Shown here in pieces: positions 1-12,567 of a stretch of DNA of 64,000 nucleotides. The notes under the pieces are model-generated. The model searched no databases. It had not been told where the DNA came from and saw nothing but the letters and a program-made list of their open reading frames with translations. The position numbers and the translations under genes are program-made. The stretch comes from Octopus vulgaris (lineage: Eukaryota): positions 67,518,001-67,582,000 of the forward strand of contig OX597815.1 of NCBI GenBank assembly GCA_951406725.2. The letters are read 5' to 3'. Each line of letters opens with the position of its first letter. The first letter of the stretch is position 1.

Positions 1-38
1 TATACTCACACATACATATATATATATATACATATATA

Positions 39-201
39 CGACGAGCTTCTTTCAGTTTCCGTCTACTAAATCCCCTTACAAGGCTTTGGTCGGCCTGAGG
101 CTATAGTAGAAGACACTTGCCCAAGGCGTCACGTAGTGGGAATGAACCCGGAACCATGTGGTTGGTAAGCAAGCTACTTACCACACAGCCACCCCTGCGC
201 C
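39..201 (-). mobile_element. tRNA-derived SINE family B, 5' half
   Basis: Reverse complement starts GGCGCAGGGGTGGCTGTGTGGTAAG (A-box-like) and contains GGTTCATTCCC (B-box-like); colinear with the full copy at 47865-48260. Confidence 0.85.
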
Positions 202-205
202 TATA

Positions 206-495
206 ATGGAGAAAATACCTAAATATCAAGATCTGGAAATAGAGATAAACCGAACATGGGATCTGGAATCAGTAACAGTTCCGATATGAATAGGTGCTTT
301 AGGGAAAAAATAAGTATACAAACAAATACCTAAAATTCCCAGGATTTAAAGTAACAAATATGCATACCATAAAGAAAATAGCACTGCTCGGTAGCGCACG
401 CATAGTACGTAGGGTACTTTCAATGTAGTAAAGAAAAAAAGCACCCAGTCACACTGAGCTGCACTCGTTAATGCACTGAAAGTATGCGATAATGC
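206..495 (+). mobile_element. R4/Dong-type LINE 3' remnant (REL endonuclease C-terminus) followed by (TAA)n
   Basis: Translates MEKIPKYQDLEIEINRTWDLESVTVPI*IGALG, matching KYKDLLIEIEKMWHLKAVTIPVIVGALG of the 44340 ORF; (TAA)n at ~496-556. Confidence 0.8.
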
Positions 496-497
496 TA

Positions 498-558
<61 letters not shown>

Positions 559-621
559 ATATATGTATATACGTGTATTTCTGTAAATGCGTGCGATTGT
601 GCATGTGTGTATGTATGTATG

Positions 622-655
<34 letters not shown>

Positions 656-1029
656 TGTATGTATGTATGTATGTATGTATGCCTGTATGTGTGAGTATGT
701 GTGCATATAAATGTGACCTTCCATTAGAGTCATTGAAAAATAAAGAGTATATGCTTTCTTTCCAGAGTTCCTTTTATTGATATGAAAAGATCGATATAGA
801 TATTCCTTTAAACTTCCCTCATCATTATTGATACTAAAAATGCATTACCATTTCCGTAGAAGCTTGCATAAAAATCCATATAGATTCAACACTTTAAATT
901 TGGAAGAGGACTAAGTTGTTATGATGTTAACGCTTTCATCAAGATCATTAGTAACGAATTTTGAATGAAGCGAATTGCGGTTTCGGCTCTTCCTGATTTC
1001 TTTTTCTTTACAGTCTTTAACGTTGTATT

Positions 1030-1399
1030 ATTTATCTTTCAATTCTTTCAGTCATTGGACTGCGACCTTGTTAGGGCACGGTCTTGAAGTGTTTATTATG
1101 CTTCTTTTCCCCAAAGCCTGGTATATGTTATACCGGCCTCTTTTGCTGAATCGTTAAGTTACAGGGACGTAAGCAAATTAGCACCGATTCTCAAGCGATG
1201 GTGTGGGTGACAAAACATACTCACAAAAACACACCTTTATATGGGCTTCCACTTAGTTTCCGTCTACAAAATTTAATTATAACGTATTGGTCGACTCGGA
1301 GTGATAGTAGACCACAGTTGCTCAAGGTGCACGCATTGGAACTGAAACTCAAACCACGCAGCTACAAAGTGAGCGTCTTAACCTCACAGCCGTGCCTCC
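1030..1399 (-). mobile_element. SINE family B, diverged near-full copy
   Basis: Colinear with 47865-48260 in reverse (TTTCAGTCATTGGACTGCG...AGTTTCCGTCTAC...CACAGCC). Confidence 0.7.
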
Positions 1400-2022
1400 T
1401 TTACGACAACTGGCGACGCTCAGCTCAGAGGTTGGACGCCGACGAAGCTCCACGGCACTTCCCGAAGCCAAAGTTGCACCACAAGAAGGTCATGGTGACT
1501 GTTTAGTGGTCTGCGACCGATCTCATCCCTCACAGCTTTTTGGATCCAAGCAAAACCATTACGGCAGAGAAGTACTATCAGCAAATGGATGAACTGCATA
1601 AGAAACTCCGACAACAACAGCCAACATTGGTCACCAGAAAAGAACCAATTCTTCTCACAACAACACTCGGCCGCACGTCGCACAACTGACCCTGCAGAAG
1701 TTGAACGAATTGAGCTACAAAACTCTGCCTCATCCGCCATACTCACCAGACCTACCGACAACGACTTTTTCAAGCATCTCGACAACTTCCTGCGTGAGAA
1801 ATGCTTCAAAGACCAAGACGATGTCAAACACGCCTTCAACGACTTCATCGGCACCAGAACGCAGGATTTTTTCGCTACTGGCATAAATAAACTTGTTTCG
1901 CGTTGGCAAAAGTGTGTTGATTCTGATGGTGTTTATTTAGATTAATAAAGTTTTGTTTGAGCCGAGATATGTGCATCTGAATTTAAAGGTTAAAAACCGC
2001 AAGAACTTTTTTGACAACCTAA
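1400..2022 (+). mobile_element. mariner transposon 3' part: transposase pseudogene and right TIR
   Basis: Frameshifted pieces LYDN..., PKPKLHHKKVMVTV, LPHPPYSPDL (mariner YSPDL motif), FFKHLDNFL...GINKLVSRWQKCVDSDG; terminal AAAAACCGCAAGAACTTTTTTGACAACCTAA at 1992-2022 followed by TA resembles Hsmar1-type TIRs. Confidence 0.9.
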
Positions 2023-2744
2023 TATTATTTGTGTATGCATGCGTGCGTGTGTGGGTGTCTGTTTGTGTGTGTGTGAATGTGTGTTTGTGCATGTGTGTGC
2101 GCATGAACGTGTGTGTGAGTGCAATGGGATCCAGGTAAGCACCACTATTGTCAAATATCTCCTTAAGTTTCACTTCAATGGTTTGGGAACTCCATGTCAC
2201 GTTACAAGATGCAGATCAAACACACGCAAATTCATATGCGTACAAACACACCCAAATACACACATGAAATGTATACACAATCACACAATACACACACAAA
2301 TTTACAGGCACACATTCAAAAACACATACATACACACATACGTACACACACACATACATACATACATAAATACACACCCGCCCAAATATATATTACAAAC
2401 CTAGCCAAATAACACGCCATAAAATCCTTTATTCTTTTCCCGTCTCTTTCACTGGACCCTGTCTTTATGTTCCTTCATATCTGTCTCTCTTTCTCAGATC
2501 TCCTCCTACCCCTCTTTTCCTGTTAGATTTCTAATCTGTAGCAGGTGATTCATTACATCTGGATTGGTGTATAAAGGGTGGTGATGGTGGTTGTGGCGGT
2601 GGTGGGATCGTACTAGTGCGTAGTCAGAGATCGATGAGGGGATTGTGGTAGGGGAGAGTCAAATCCTTCTTTGGCGGGAAGCAGTGTGATGAGGAATCAA
2701 AATGTCGAACGAGTTTTCTTCGATAACAATCAATAAACTGCCTC

Positions 2745-3350
2745 CACTAACACTACCGCCAATGCAACCACCACATTACTACTCCTATGTCCACCATTTG
2801 CCACCTACCATCACCACCACCATCATCTCTACGGTGACTACTATCACCGCCACTAACACAGACAACTTCAATCAATTCTACAACCAAATCCACGACCGTC
2901 GCCACCACTAACAACACTAAAACCATCACCATCACCAATACCACCACCATCTTCCCTGCCAACACCCTCACCACCAACACCACCATTACCACCTCCACCA
3001 CTTCTATTATCACCACCACTCTCACTACCATCACAACCACTTCCTCTATCTCCACCACCACCATTACCACCACTAACACCAACACCAACACCAACACCAC
3101 CGACACCATCATCTCCAACACCAACACCACCGACACCATCATCACCACCATCACCTCCATCAATACCATCACCATCTCCATTACCACCACCTCCACCTTT
3201 ACCATTACGAACATTACCACCACTATCATCACCACCACCATTATCACAATGACCACCAACACCAACACTAACTAATGCTTCCATTATCTCCACCACGAAC
3301 GTCTCATGTCACACCACCATCCCCACCATCAGCGTTGCCGCCACCATCAT
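2745..3350. repeat. Low-complexity (ACC/ATC)-rich degenerate trinucleotide region
   Basis: Degenerate CACCAC/CATCAC repeats; the V-rich and G-rich ORFs arise from this composition. Confidence 0.85.
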
Positions 3351-4085
3351 TTATTCACCAAACTATCTGCTCGTGAGGCCTTTTGTGATGGTGTGCTGTA
3401 GTTAGCCAGAATTCTTCTGGGAACTGCACTTGTTTTTAGCATCAGTGGCTTCATTTTGCGTTGTGCATGTGGGGATGGTAAGCGAGGAAGTGCAGAAAAG
3501 CCGCGTACGTGTGTCTTTGCGCGCGAGCATGTATCTGTGTGTGTGAGCGTGTGTGTGTGTATGTGTGTGCGCGTGTGTGTGTGGTGCTTGGTTCGTGTTT
3601 ATGAATGTATATCTCTGATTGGGATTGTCTGTGTGCGAGTAATTTATGTCACAGTATAAGCATGGGTGTATGTGTTTGTATGTGCTTGTGTGTGTGTGTG
3701 TGTGTGTGATTGAGTGTGCGTGCGTGCGTGTCTGTTTATGGATATGGACGTTTGTGCGTCTATGCGCGTATTTGATTGCCGACAGGGAGAAAAGTCGATT
3801 TGCACTGTAAAACACCAGATTGCATGAAGATGCGTGGATGGATATACATGGATGGATAGATGAATGCATGGATCAGTGGAGGGAAGGACGGAGAGATGTG
3901 AGGGACGGATCAATGGACGAATCGAGAAAGAGAAATAAATTAATGGAAATGTATACACATATCTTCTGATGTGTGGGTCTACATACATATATGCCTACAT
4001 GCATACATACGTAGCGTGTATACATACATACATGCATACATACATGCATACATGCATGCATACATACGTAAATACCTAAATACAC

Positions 4086-4990
4086 GCCCAAAGAAGTCGC
4101 ACGACTCTGCCACAACTTATCATCAGATGAAAGGATCAGCATATATGAGCAGAAGACCATGCCTGGATATGTTTGTAAAAAGCTCAGAGAAGATAGCAAC
4201 ATTGATCATCAAAGCAGTCTATCATGGACCAACAACCGGATTACTACCTTCCATTTTGAAGGGCATGCGTTTGCAATCCATCAACAGAAAATATCAACCA
4301 AATACCTGATGCACAAAAAGGACAGAGATGCAGGAAAAGCAGTAAAATGTGACAACCGAAGCAGACTTTGTGGAGTTAAATTCGAAGATTACATCATAAA
4401 CAGTTGTCCGAAAACGTTATCACTGTATTTTCTACCGGCGAGACATGATGTTGTAGCTAGAACACTAAATAATGAAATCCGTCGGAAGGATAACTCCAAG
4501 GACAAAGAAATAACCCACAGTATGGTAAAAACCATAACTACTCATGATAAGAAGGAGTGCTGGTGGAATGTTCCAGTGAAAACCTCAATAAAATGCAAAC
4601 GCAACAGACCTGATATAATGATTTGGGATAGAGAAGAGAAACTGTGAACAGTTGTGGAAATTAGCTGCCCAGCGGATGTTAACATAAAGTTAAAAAGAGA
4701 ACTCCTCTGCTGAACTATTGAGAAATCTGCAGAGTACAAGTTCAGGTTCATACCTGTAACTATTAGGGTACTGGGATATGTAACACACTGCCTAAATACC
4801 ATTGTTAAGAAATTAAGCTTCACAAAACCAGAAAGGAGAAAGCTGATTCGAAACTACAGATCCAATCCATCACTGGAACTGTAAAAATCTGTAAAACTTT
4901 CCAGAAGTTTATCATTTAAGTATATACGAGCATGTCTAGATATGCAAGTATATGCATGAGAAGACATACATGAAACAAAACATACAAATC
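4086..4990 (+). mobile_element. Divergent REL-endonuclease non-LTR retrotransposon 3' fragment embedded in (TACA)n
   Basis: ORF 4159-4647 has decayed CCHC (RLC...IINSC), RHD, WWNVPVKT...NRPDIMIWD, then VVEISCP after a stop; coding ends ~4919; TACA-type repeats at ~4020-4070 and 4991-5036. Confidence 0.8.
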
Positions 4991-5039
4991 TACATACATA
5001 CATACATACATACATACATACATACATACATACATAACA

Positions 5040-5190
5040 GTTAATTGGTAGGGCAGGTAGCTAAAAATTTTTCTTCTAAAATTTCCCGACAAATGATCAC
5101 TTACCCTGAAATATCAGGGTAAAAGTACAAACAATCTACCTGTTTATAACTTGCATTGATTTGGCTTTAAAAAGTATCATTTAAAGCGCA
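5040..5190 (+). mobile_element. Solo Penelope-like terminal repeat remnant
   Basis: AAATTTCC...ACCCTGAAATATCAGG...AGTAC...ACCTGTTT.TAACTTGC is similar to 12322-12405 at the end of the Penelope-like element. Confidence 0.55.
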
Positions 5191-5254
5191 CACTCTCACA
5201 CACATATATTAAGTAAACACACTAATCGACTTATATATGTTAGTCCAAAATATT

Positions 5255-5293
<39 letters not shown>

Positions 5294-5333
5294 TAATAAT
5301 AATAATAATAAATATATATATATATATATATAT

Positions 5334-5363
5334 TAGACGGCGGAAACTGAAAGAAGCCTGTCG

Positions 5364-5404
<41 letters not shown>

Positions 5405-5628
5405 GTGTGTGTATATGTTTTTGTGTCTGTGTTTGTCCCTCTAGCATTGCTTGACAACCGATGCTGGTGTGTTTACGTCCTCGTCAATTAGCGGCTCGGC
5501 AAAAGAGAACGATAGAATAAGTACTGGGCTTACAAAGAATAAGTGCCGGGGTCGATTTGCTCGACTAAAGGCGGTGCTCCAGTATGGCCGCAGTCAAATG
5601 ACTGAAACAAGTAAAAGAGTAAAAGAGA
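5334..5628 (+). mobile_element. SINE family B, 3' two-thirds with internal (TA)n/(TG)n
   Basis: Nearly identical to 48001-48260. Confidence 0.9.
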
Positions 5629-6147
5629 AAAATATATATATATAGGCACATATGGGTATAGGTCGTCACCAACAGTAAACAATATGAAATACGAACACAA
5701 ATGAGTTAAATACGCAAAGAAGGAAACGAAAAAGGAAAACAGGATAAGTAATTCAAAAAATACAAAGAACGAGTGTTCATCAGTTGTCGGCTGTCTATCT
5801 ACTCCACATTTCGAGCAATCAGCGACAATATGAGTCTTCGAAGACAGCTGCTCTCATAAGTACCAAAATAAAATTTGGGATTTATGGAGACTCAAAGTTG
5901 GAAACATAAACAGGACAGTGAAGACATACAAGGAAACCGAGCGAAAACAAACATGGAAGGTCATTAGTCCACAACGTGGGTAAAATTGCGAACGCTGATA
6001 GAAATATTTTCTTTGAAAAGAGAAAAGATAGAAAAGATATATATATATATATACATATAAGAGACGTACAGTCCTTAGAACGTCCGTGCAGGAAAAGAAA
6101 GAAGGTCACGTAAGGAAAAGAAAGATGGACGATGGGCACGTGTGAGC

Positions 6148-6201
<54 letters not shown>

Positions 6202-6451
6202 CAAAAGAAAAACAGGATGCAAAGGATTTTTCTTTTGATAAATATACCCTATCACGTACACCACTAACTGGCATATACAGGTGCTTACAGTTATCAAGTA
6301 TTCACCCTGAATATTTTGTACCTATATATATATGTATATATATTGATAAAAACGGTGTGTGCGTGTGTATATGCGTATATAGACGTGTGCGGGTATGTGC
6401 ATATATGGGCGTGTGTGTGTGCGTGCATAAGGATATGTGCGTATATATATT

Positions 6452-6678
6452 TCTTCATTACCCACAATGGGCTAAACATAGACGGGACAAACAAGGACAG
6501 ACTAAGGGATTAAGTCGATTACATCGACCCCAGTGGGAAACTGGTACTTTATTTATCGACCCTGAAAGGATGAAAGGCAAAGTCGACCTCGGCGGAATTT
6601 GAACTCAGAACGTAACGGCAGACGAAATACTGCTAAGCATTTTGCCTGGCGCGCTAACGTTTTTGCCAGCTCGCCGCC
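6452..6678 (-). mobile_element. SINE family A (tRNA-like head, Nin-domain-like core)
   Basis: Reverse complement GGCGGCGAGCTGGCAAAAACGTTAGC...GAGTTCAAATTCC...GACTTTGCCTTTCATCCTTTCAGGGTCGATAAATAAAGTACCAG. Confidence 0.88.
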
Positions 6679-7192
6679 CTTGTTCGTATATAAACGTGGT
6701 TTACTCTTTGTATACTCCCTTATGCTTTTTTCTGTATTTTTACCCTTAATTCTGTTTTTTGTTGTGCTTGTGCGTATGTAGACGTATGTATGAACTTTTA
6801 CGGTGCGGGCGTGTGTGTGGGTTTGGATGTATATGCATATACATTTGGCGAAGGATGCGAGTGAAGATGTGTACGTATTTCTAGAGAGGGTGGAAGAATG
6901 TATGCGCACGCAAGTGGGTGTGCGGGCGCACATGTGTAGGTATGAACAGGCGCGCTTACGCGAATACTATGAACTTTTTACCCCCTTACCTTACTTAGCG
7001 GTATTTCGAATAGCTCTTTTGTCTTAATAGCGGTCAATAACACAGTGACTTCTCTTTGTATAACGGTCATTTTTCATAGCGTTTTTGCAATGGCCGGATA
7101 ACCGAAGAGATGGTAGCTTGGATTTCCACCTCGGCATCCGAAACTCGGAGTTTTATCTTGGCTACCGAATAATTGTCACATATTACTTTTAC

Positions 7193-7292
<100 letters not shown>

Positions 7293-7479
7293 CTCAAACA
7301 AAAAATTTGTTGACTGAGACGTCGAAGTTTCAGCCAGCCAAACCATTATCGGACTGGCAGAAACTTCGAAGTCACAGGCAACAACAGTCTTCTTTAAAAA
7401 TAACAATTTTGTACGAAACAAAACTATAGAGTGCCCCTGCAAAATCAATGTAAAATTGTTTTTATTATAACTGAATAAA

Positions 7480-7878
7480 GGCGGCGAGCTGGCAGAATCG
7501 TTAGCACGCCGGGCGAAATGCTTTGCGGTATTTCGTCTGCCACTACGTTCTGAGTTCAAATTCCGCCGAGGTCAACTTTGCCTTTCATCCTTTCGGGGTC
7601 GATTAAATAAGTACCAGTTGCGCACTGGAGTCGATATAATCGACTTAATCCGTTTGTCTGTCCTTGTTTGTCCTCTCTGTGTTTAGCCCCTTGTGGGTAG
7701 TAAAGAAATAGGTATTTCGTCTGCCGCTACGTTCTGAGTTGAAATTCCGCCGAGATCGACTTTACCTTTCATCCTTTCGAGGTCAATAAATTAAGTACCA
7801 GTGAAACACTGGGGTCGATGTAATTGACTATCCCCTTCCCCCAAATTTCAGGCCTTTTTACCTCTAGTAGAAAGGATT
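7480..7878 (+). mobile_element. SINE family A with internal duplication (head-less second unit)
   Basis: GGCGGCGAGCTGGCAGAATCGTTAGC head; block GGTATTTCGTCTGCC...AAGTACCAGT occurs at ~7527 and again at ~7711. Confidence 0.88.
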
Positions 7879-7918
7879 ATAACTGAACATAAAAACATGC
7901 ATTAATATATATATATAA

Positions 7919-7959
<41 letters not shown>

Positions 7960-8705
7960 CGTGCGTGTGTGCGTGTGTGTGTGCGCAGAATATAGTTTTA
8001 TAAAATCCGCATACAAGGAGCAAAATGCAAAATAATGACATCAGTGAAAATCGAACACTGAAGTCGGAAATGAAACACGAGAAAGACAAAAGTAGATTCT
8101 CTAAATGCGTTATGTCTCTTCTGAAATCATGAATAGAAATTAAGTTTGTTTATTCTTCGCTTCATTAGAACTTCTATAATGGAACCTGTCGATAAAGTTT
8201 ATAAACTGGTCGCAGAAAAGATGGCTGCACAATTCGAACTGTGAACGTAATAGAATAAACATCCAATTAGTTGTCTACAAACCCCTCGTTTTGGCAACCT
8301 ACCAACGAAATACTGTTACCGCAGTTGAATTTCTATGGAAATTGTGCGTGTGTTTGTTGTGGGGATGGGGTAGTTTTCTTAGCTAAAGCTTTAAGCATAG
8401 GGCAAAACCAAGTGTGATGGCGGAAATATGTCTAATTCGATTCAGTTCTAATCTATACATTTTCCACTTGGTCAGTTGTAACATTGTATATTCGTAAAAG
8501 GGAGGTGGCAGGCAAATATGTTTGATGATATTTAATTTATAAAATTTAAATAAAAGAACCGTAGACATTATATATATCACACATCATAATAGACATTATA
8601 CATATATAATATATATATATATATAACATATAATATACATATGCATATATATATTTATATATCTATATATACGTATTCATTCGTTCCACCAATGAATACT
8701 ACACG

Positions 8706-8750
<45 letters not shown>

Positions 8751-9938
8751 ATATAGATATACATATATATGTATGTATGTACGTATGTATATACATTAAC
8801 ACACACACACACACACACATGTTCTTAGTTATTATTCATCTTTTGAAGTTCAAAGACAGCAATCTGTGTATATCAAATAAGAGTAAAATAGAGCACGTAG
8901 ACTTACAATAAATTCGTAAATGTAAGCATTTTCTTAAACTCTATTTACCTACAGAAATCTTTGTTTATCGTCGACGAACGACAGAGAAAGGAAGAAAGAA
9001 ATATAGAGATAGATAGATTGATAGATAACGAGAGAGAGATGTAAATTTAGATACAAACGTAGGTGTACAATATCGGGTATTTATATATGCACACACATTA
9101 AGTTAAGTGTGAAAACTTAATTCTATAGCTCTTGTACCTCAAGTAGACTATAATCAAATTTTCGCAAATTTTGATAATTATTATCGTAATAAGCAATATT
9201 AATTAAATAATCATACACTAATGAATAAAATGCTAGAAACGTTTTTCTCATTATTTCTAATTTATCTGCATTAATTGGCATTAATAATAGGGAAGCAACA
9301 TGTTATGCCGAGATTAATATACGTCAGTAGTTCCGGGTTCAAATCCTGATAGAAACTATACAGTACAGTATTGAATAGTGTCTGCTAAACTGTATAGTTC
9401 ACTCGGCCTTAAAGAAATTATAACAAACTATCCCTCATGAATTATGCCGACTTGTGAACGGAAGAAAAAATTGGTTCATGGAACAGTTCAAAATATGACG
9501 TTGGATCTCCGTCGTCTGACAATGAGAATTTAGTTGTTCAATCAATTAAATTACCTGCTCCTGAAGAAATATTTTAGTGGCTGCGTATTCCATAGGTACT
9601 TACATCCATAAAATGATTATCAGGCAGAATCCACGTGACACAGTGTGTGAAACAAGGCTATCAACTTTTGAATCACAGGTACACTCCACCGAAGGGCCTT
9701 CTATTTATCTTCCATTTCACATTTTCACTTATAAGGCATGGGTTGACCCAAGGGTATAGGCAATAAAATTTATCATGCAGTGGGACCGAACTTCGAACCT
9801 CGTTGTTGCGAAGTGGACCGTTCGGCCATACCAGTTTACCAAACTGACTGGTGGCACACCTTTGACTATAGGACTGCTTGACCTGGGCTGAAATGGAGCA
9901 AAACAACAATGACAACAGCAATAACAAAACAATACTAT

Positions 9939-9969
<31 letters not shown>

Positions 9970-10060
9970 CATATATACACACATATATATATATACATAC
10001 ATATGTACATGCATATATACATACATATATATATTTATAGAAACATACATACATACATGA

Positions 10061-10091
<31 letters not shown>

Positions 10092-10655
10092 CATACATAC
10101 ATACATACATGCATATACGCACAAATCCAAATATATCACTGATAAGAGTTTTAGCATGTGTGATACCTACATCATACTTCTTTCTTTCTTTAAACATATC
10201 AGTTTGTAATAAGCCATATTTTCTCTCTTATCGTTCACCGTTTAACTTCGCCTTCGAGGATAAATATAGGATCCAGGAGCGGTAAAGATGAATTAATTAA
10301 AAGGGAATGGAAAGAATGAGAAACACGATGGAACGATATGGTGGACAAAGATGGAGTCGGAGATTACTCTGTCATCTTTAGTAGTAATGGGACGTTTTAC
10401 AGAGCAAAACGTTTTGCTATTGAAAAAAATAATCTTCTAACGTTCCCGGTTGTACGTATCATCTTCCATTTATTGATATCGATACAAATCATAGTGACAT
10501 ATGCTAAACGCTTTAGCTATTGATACGGTGGATAAGGCTGTTGTAGCCACAGTGAGAGAGGAAACGATGTGATTGTCGCCTCTACGAATTAATGGGTATT
10601 TATCTCAAATTTTATATTGCAGAGAAAGAGGGAAAAGCAACTGATAAGCAACAAC

Positions 10656-10734
<79 letters not shown>

Positions 10735-11355
10735 GTATGTAAGTATACCTGTACTATGTTTTCTCACACATAGCACCCTAAGTGAGAATCGCCCCCAAAA
10801 GGTCTGAATAATATTCCTTTCAAACTTTCGATTTGTTCACATGCATACATTCACACGATAATTTAGTGATTTATATATTTATTTATTTATGTACATATAT
10901 ATTTATATGTATATTTTATCTATTTATTGTTGGTATATTTGATCAAGGGACCAATGAAAAATAGAAGATTTCCATAATTGAGGGTGAATCATTTCATTGA
11001 GGTATTTTTCCATATTTATATGGATAGATATGTGTGTGTGTATCTACGTATGCGGGTACTTATGTACATGAGTATGTATTTGGGTGTTTGTAAGTATACA
11101 TATGTGTGTATGCATGTGTGTATGAAAATGTGTATGATTGGATGTGTGTGTATGCATGGTATAGAAATATACGCATCTATTGAATGAATGGATGTGCATG
11201 TCTATGTACGTATGTATATATATGCATGTATGCATGTTAGTATGTATGTATGTATGCATGTATGTGCGCATGTATGCATATATTTGTATATATGATTGTA
11301 CATAAGTGTGTATGCAAGTGTCTGTAGGAATGTATGCAATCATGTATGCATACAT

Positions 11356-12430
11356 GGCTTCTCTCAAGTATTTCCAAGTCATTACTTGAAACCTTCGCGA
11401 GGAGGCTATTAAAACTATACAGACCATTCAACAGTATCGATGAACATACAAAATTTGACGTGGGATATCCCAATAACACTGTTTCCTGATCTCTGATTGA
11501 TTTTCTACTCAAAAACATAGAAAAAGGAATCCCTCTCTGCTAACTTTTACAGAAAAGCAGGATAAAGGACCTATTTGTACATTATAATCCATCTCTGCCC
11601 ATCAGAGATAATATGGCCTACCTTAGAAATAAGGCACACTTGGCACGCAGTAAATGCAGTGAGACAGCTAAAACACCAACACCATATAATTTCGGAAAGT
11701 CTTGATGGAGAATGACTGTCTATACACTTTCACTGTGCACCAGGGCATCACTAGACAAGCATAACAAAACGCATACATTCAAGTTAAGTGTTTTCTGATA
11801 TTGTCACGTTTTAACGGAAAAACAACTGCTGCAATCCACCATGCAATCTGTAAGGAGATATTGAATATTGGACTGGTACACTCCGTGCCTTCATCGAAGA
11901 GAGTCCTAACTAAAGCCAGGTGAAGACAAAAACATCACCTTATGTACACTGCTCAACTGGTCGATCAAACATGCGACTGCGTTCCTGCGTAATGTATAAA
12001 ATCATGTGTAACTAATGTAACCAATTCTACATAGGAAATACCATCAGACAAATTCACTTACGAATTAGAGAACATGCTTTTTCGGTCAAAAAACACCTAC
12101 GGAAACGCCACACTTAAGTGATCCAAGTTTCCATTGACGCTACAGAAAGAAACATTGGGAACTTGAGAACAGAAGAATCTACTTAAATTAACAAGTACAG
12201 ACTAGGGATTAATAACGGATCTGAATTACACGCAGCTGATTGGATACTATAGGAATACAAAAAGACCCTTTATACACACACTAGAGAGTAGCGACATCAG
12301 CTGTCAACACCTTTTTTTCGTAAATTTCCTGAAGAAGGGATCCTAACCCTGAAATATTGAAATATTAGATAATAGTACTAACCATCGACCTGTTTTTAAC
12401 TTGCCCTGTTTAAATTTTTTAAAAATATTT
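11356..12430 (+). mobile_element. Penelope-like element 3' remnant (GIY-YIG pseudogene and terminal repeat)
   Basis: ~11989-12075 translates VMYKIMCN*CNQFYIGNTIRQIHLRIREH (GIY-YIG signature); hammerhead-like core at 12329-12354. Confidence 0.8.
12325..12370 (+). ncRNA. Minimal hammerhead ribozyme motif, partly decayed
   Basis: CTGAAGA (12329-12335), stem II AGGG/CCCT with 7-nt loop, GAAA (12351-12354); 3' side disrupted by a GAAATATT duplication. Confidence 0.55.
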
Positions 12431-12463
12431 AAAACATGTACTTGTTAAAATTATACTACTCTA

Positions 12464-12567
<104 letters not shown>

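Noticed and set aside
2753-3296. Gly-rich and Val-rich ORFs resembling structural proteins
   Set aside because: Several frames are open only because of ACC/ATC low complexity; no gene structure evidence
7100-7155. Hammerhead-like CCGAAGA-GATG...CATC-CGAAAC-TC
   Set aside because: Core altered, stem II out of register and no convincing stem I
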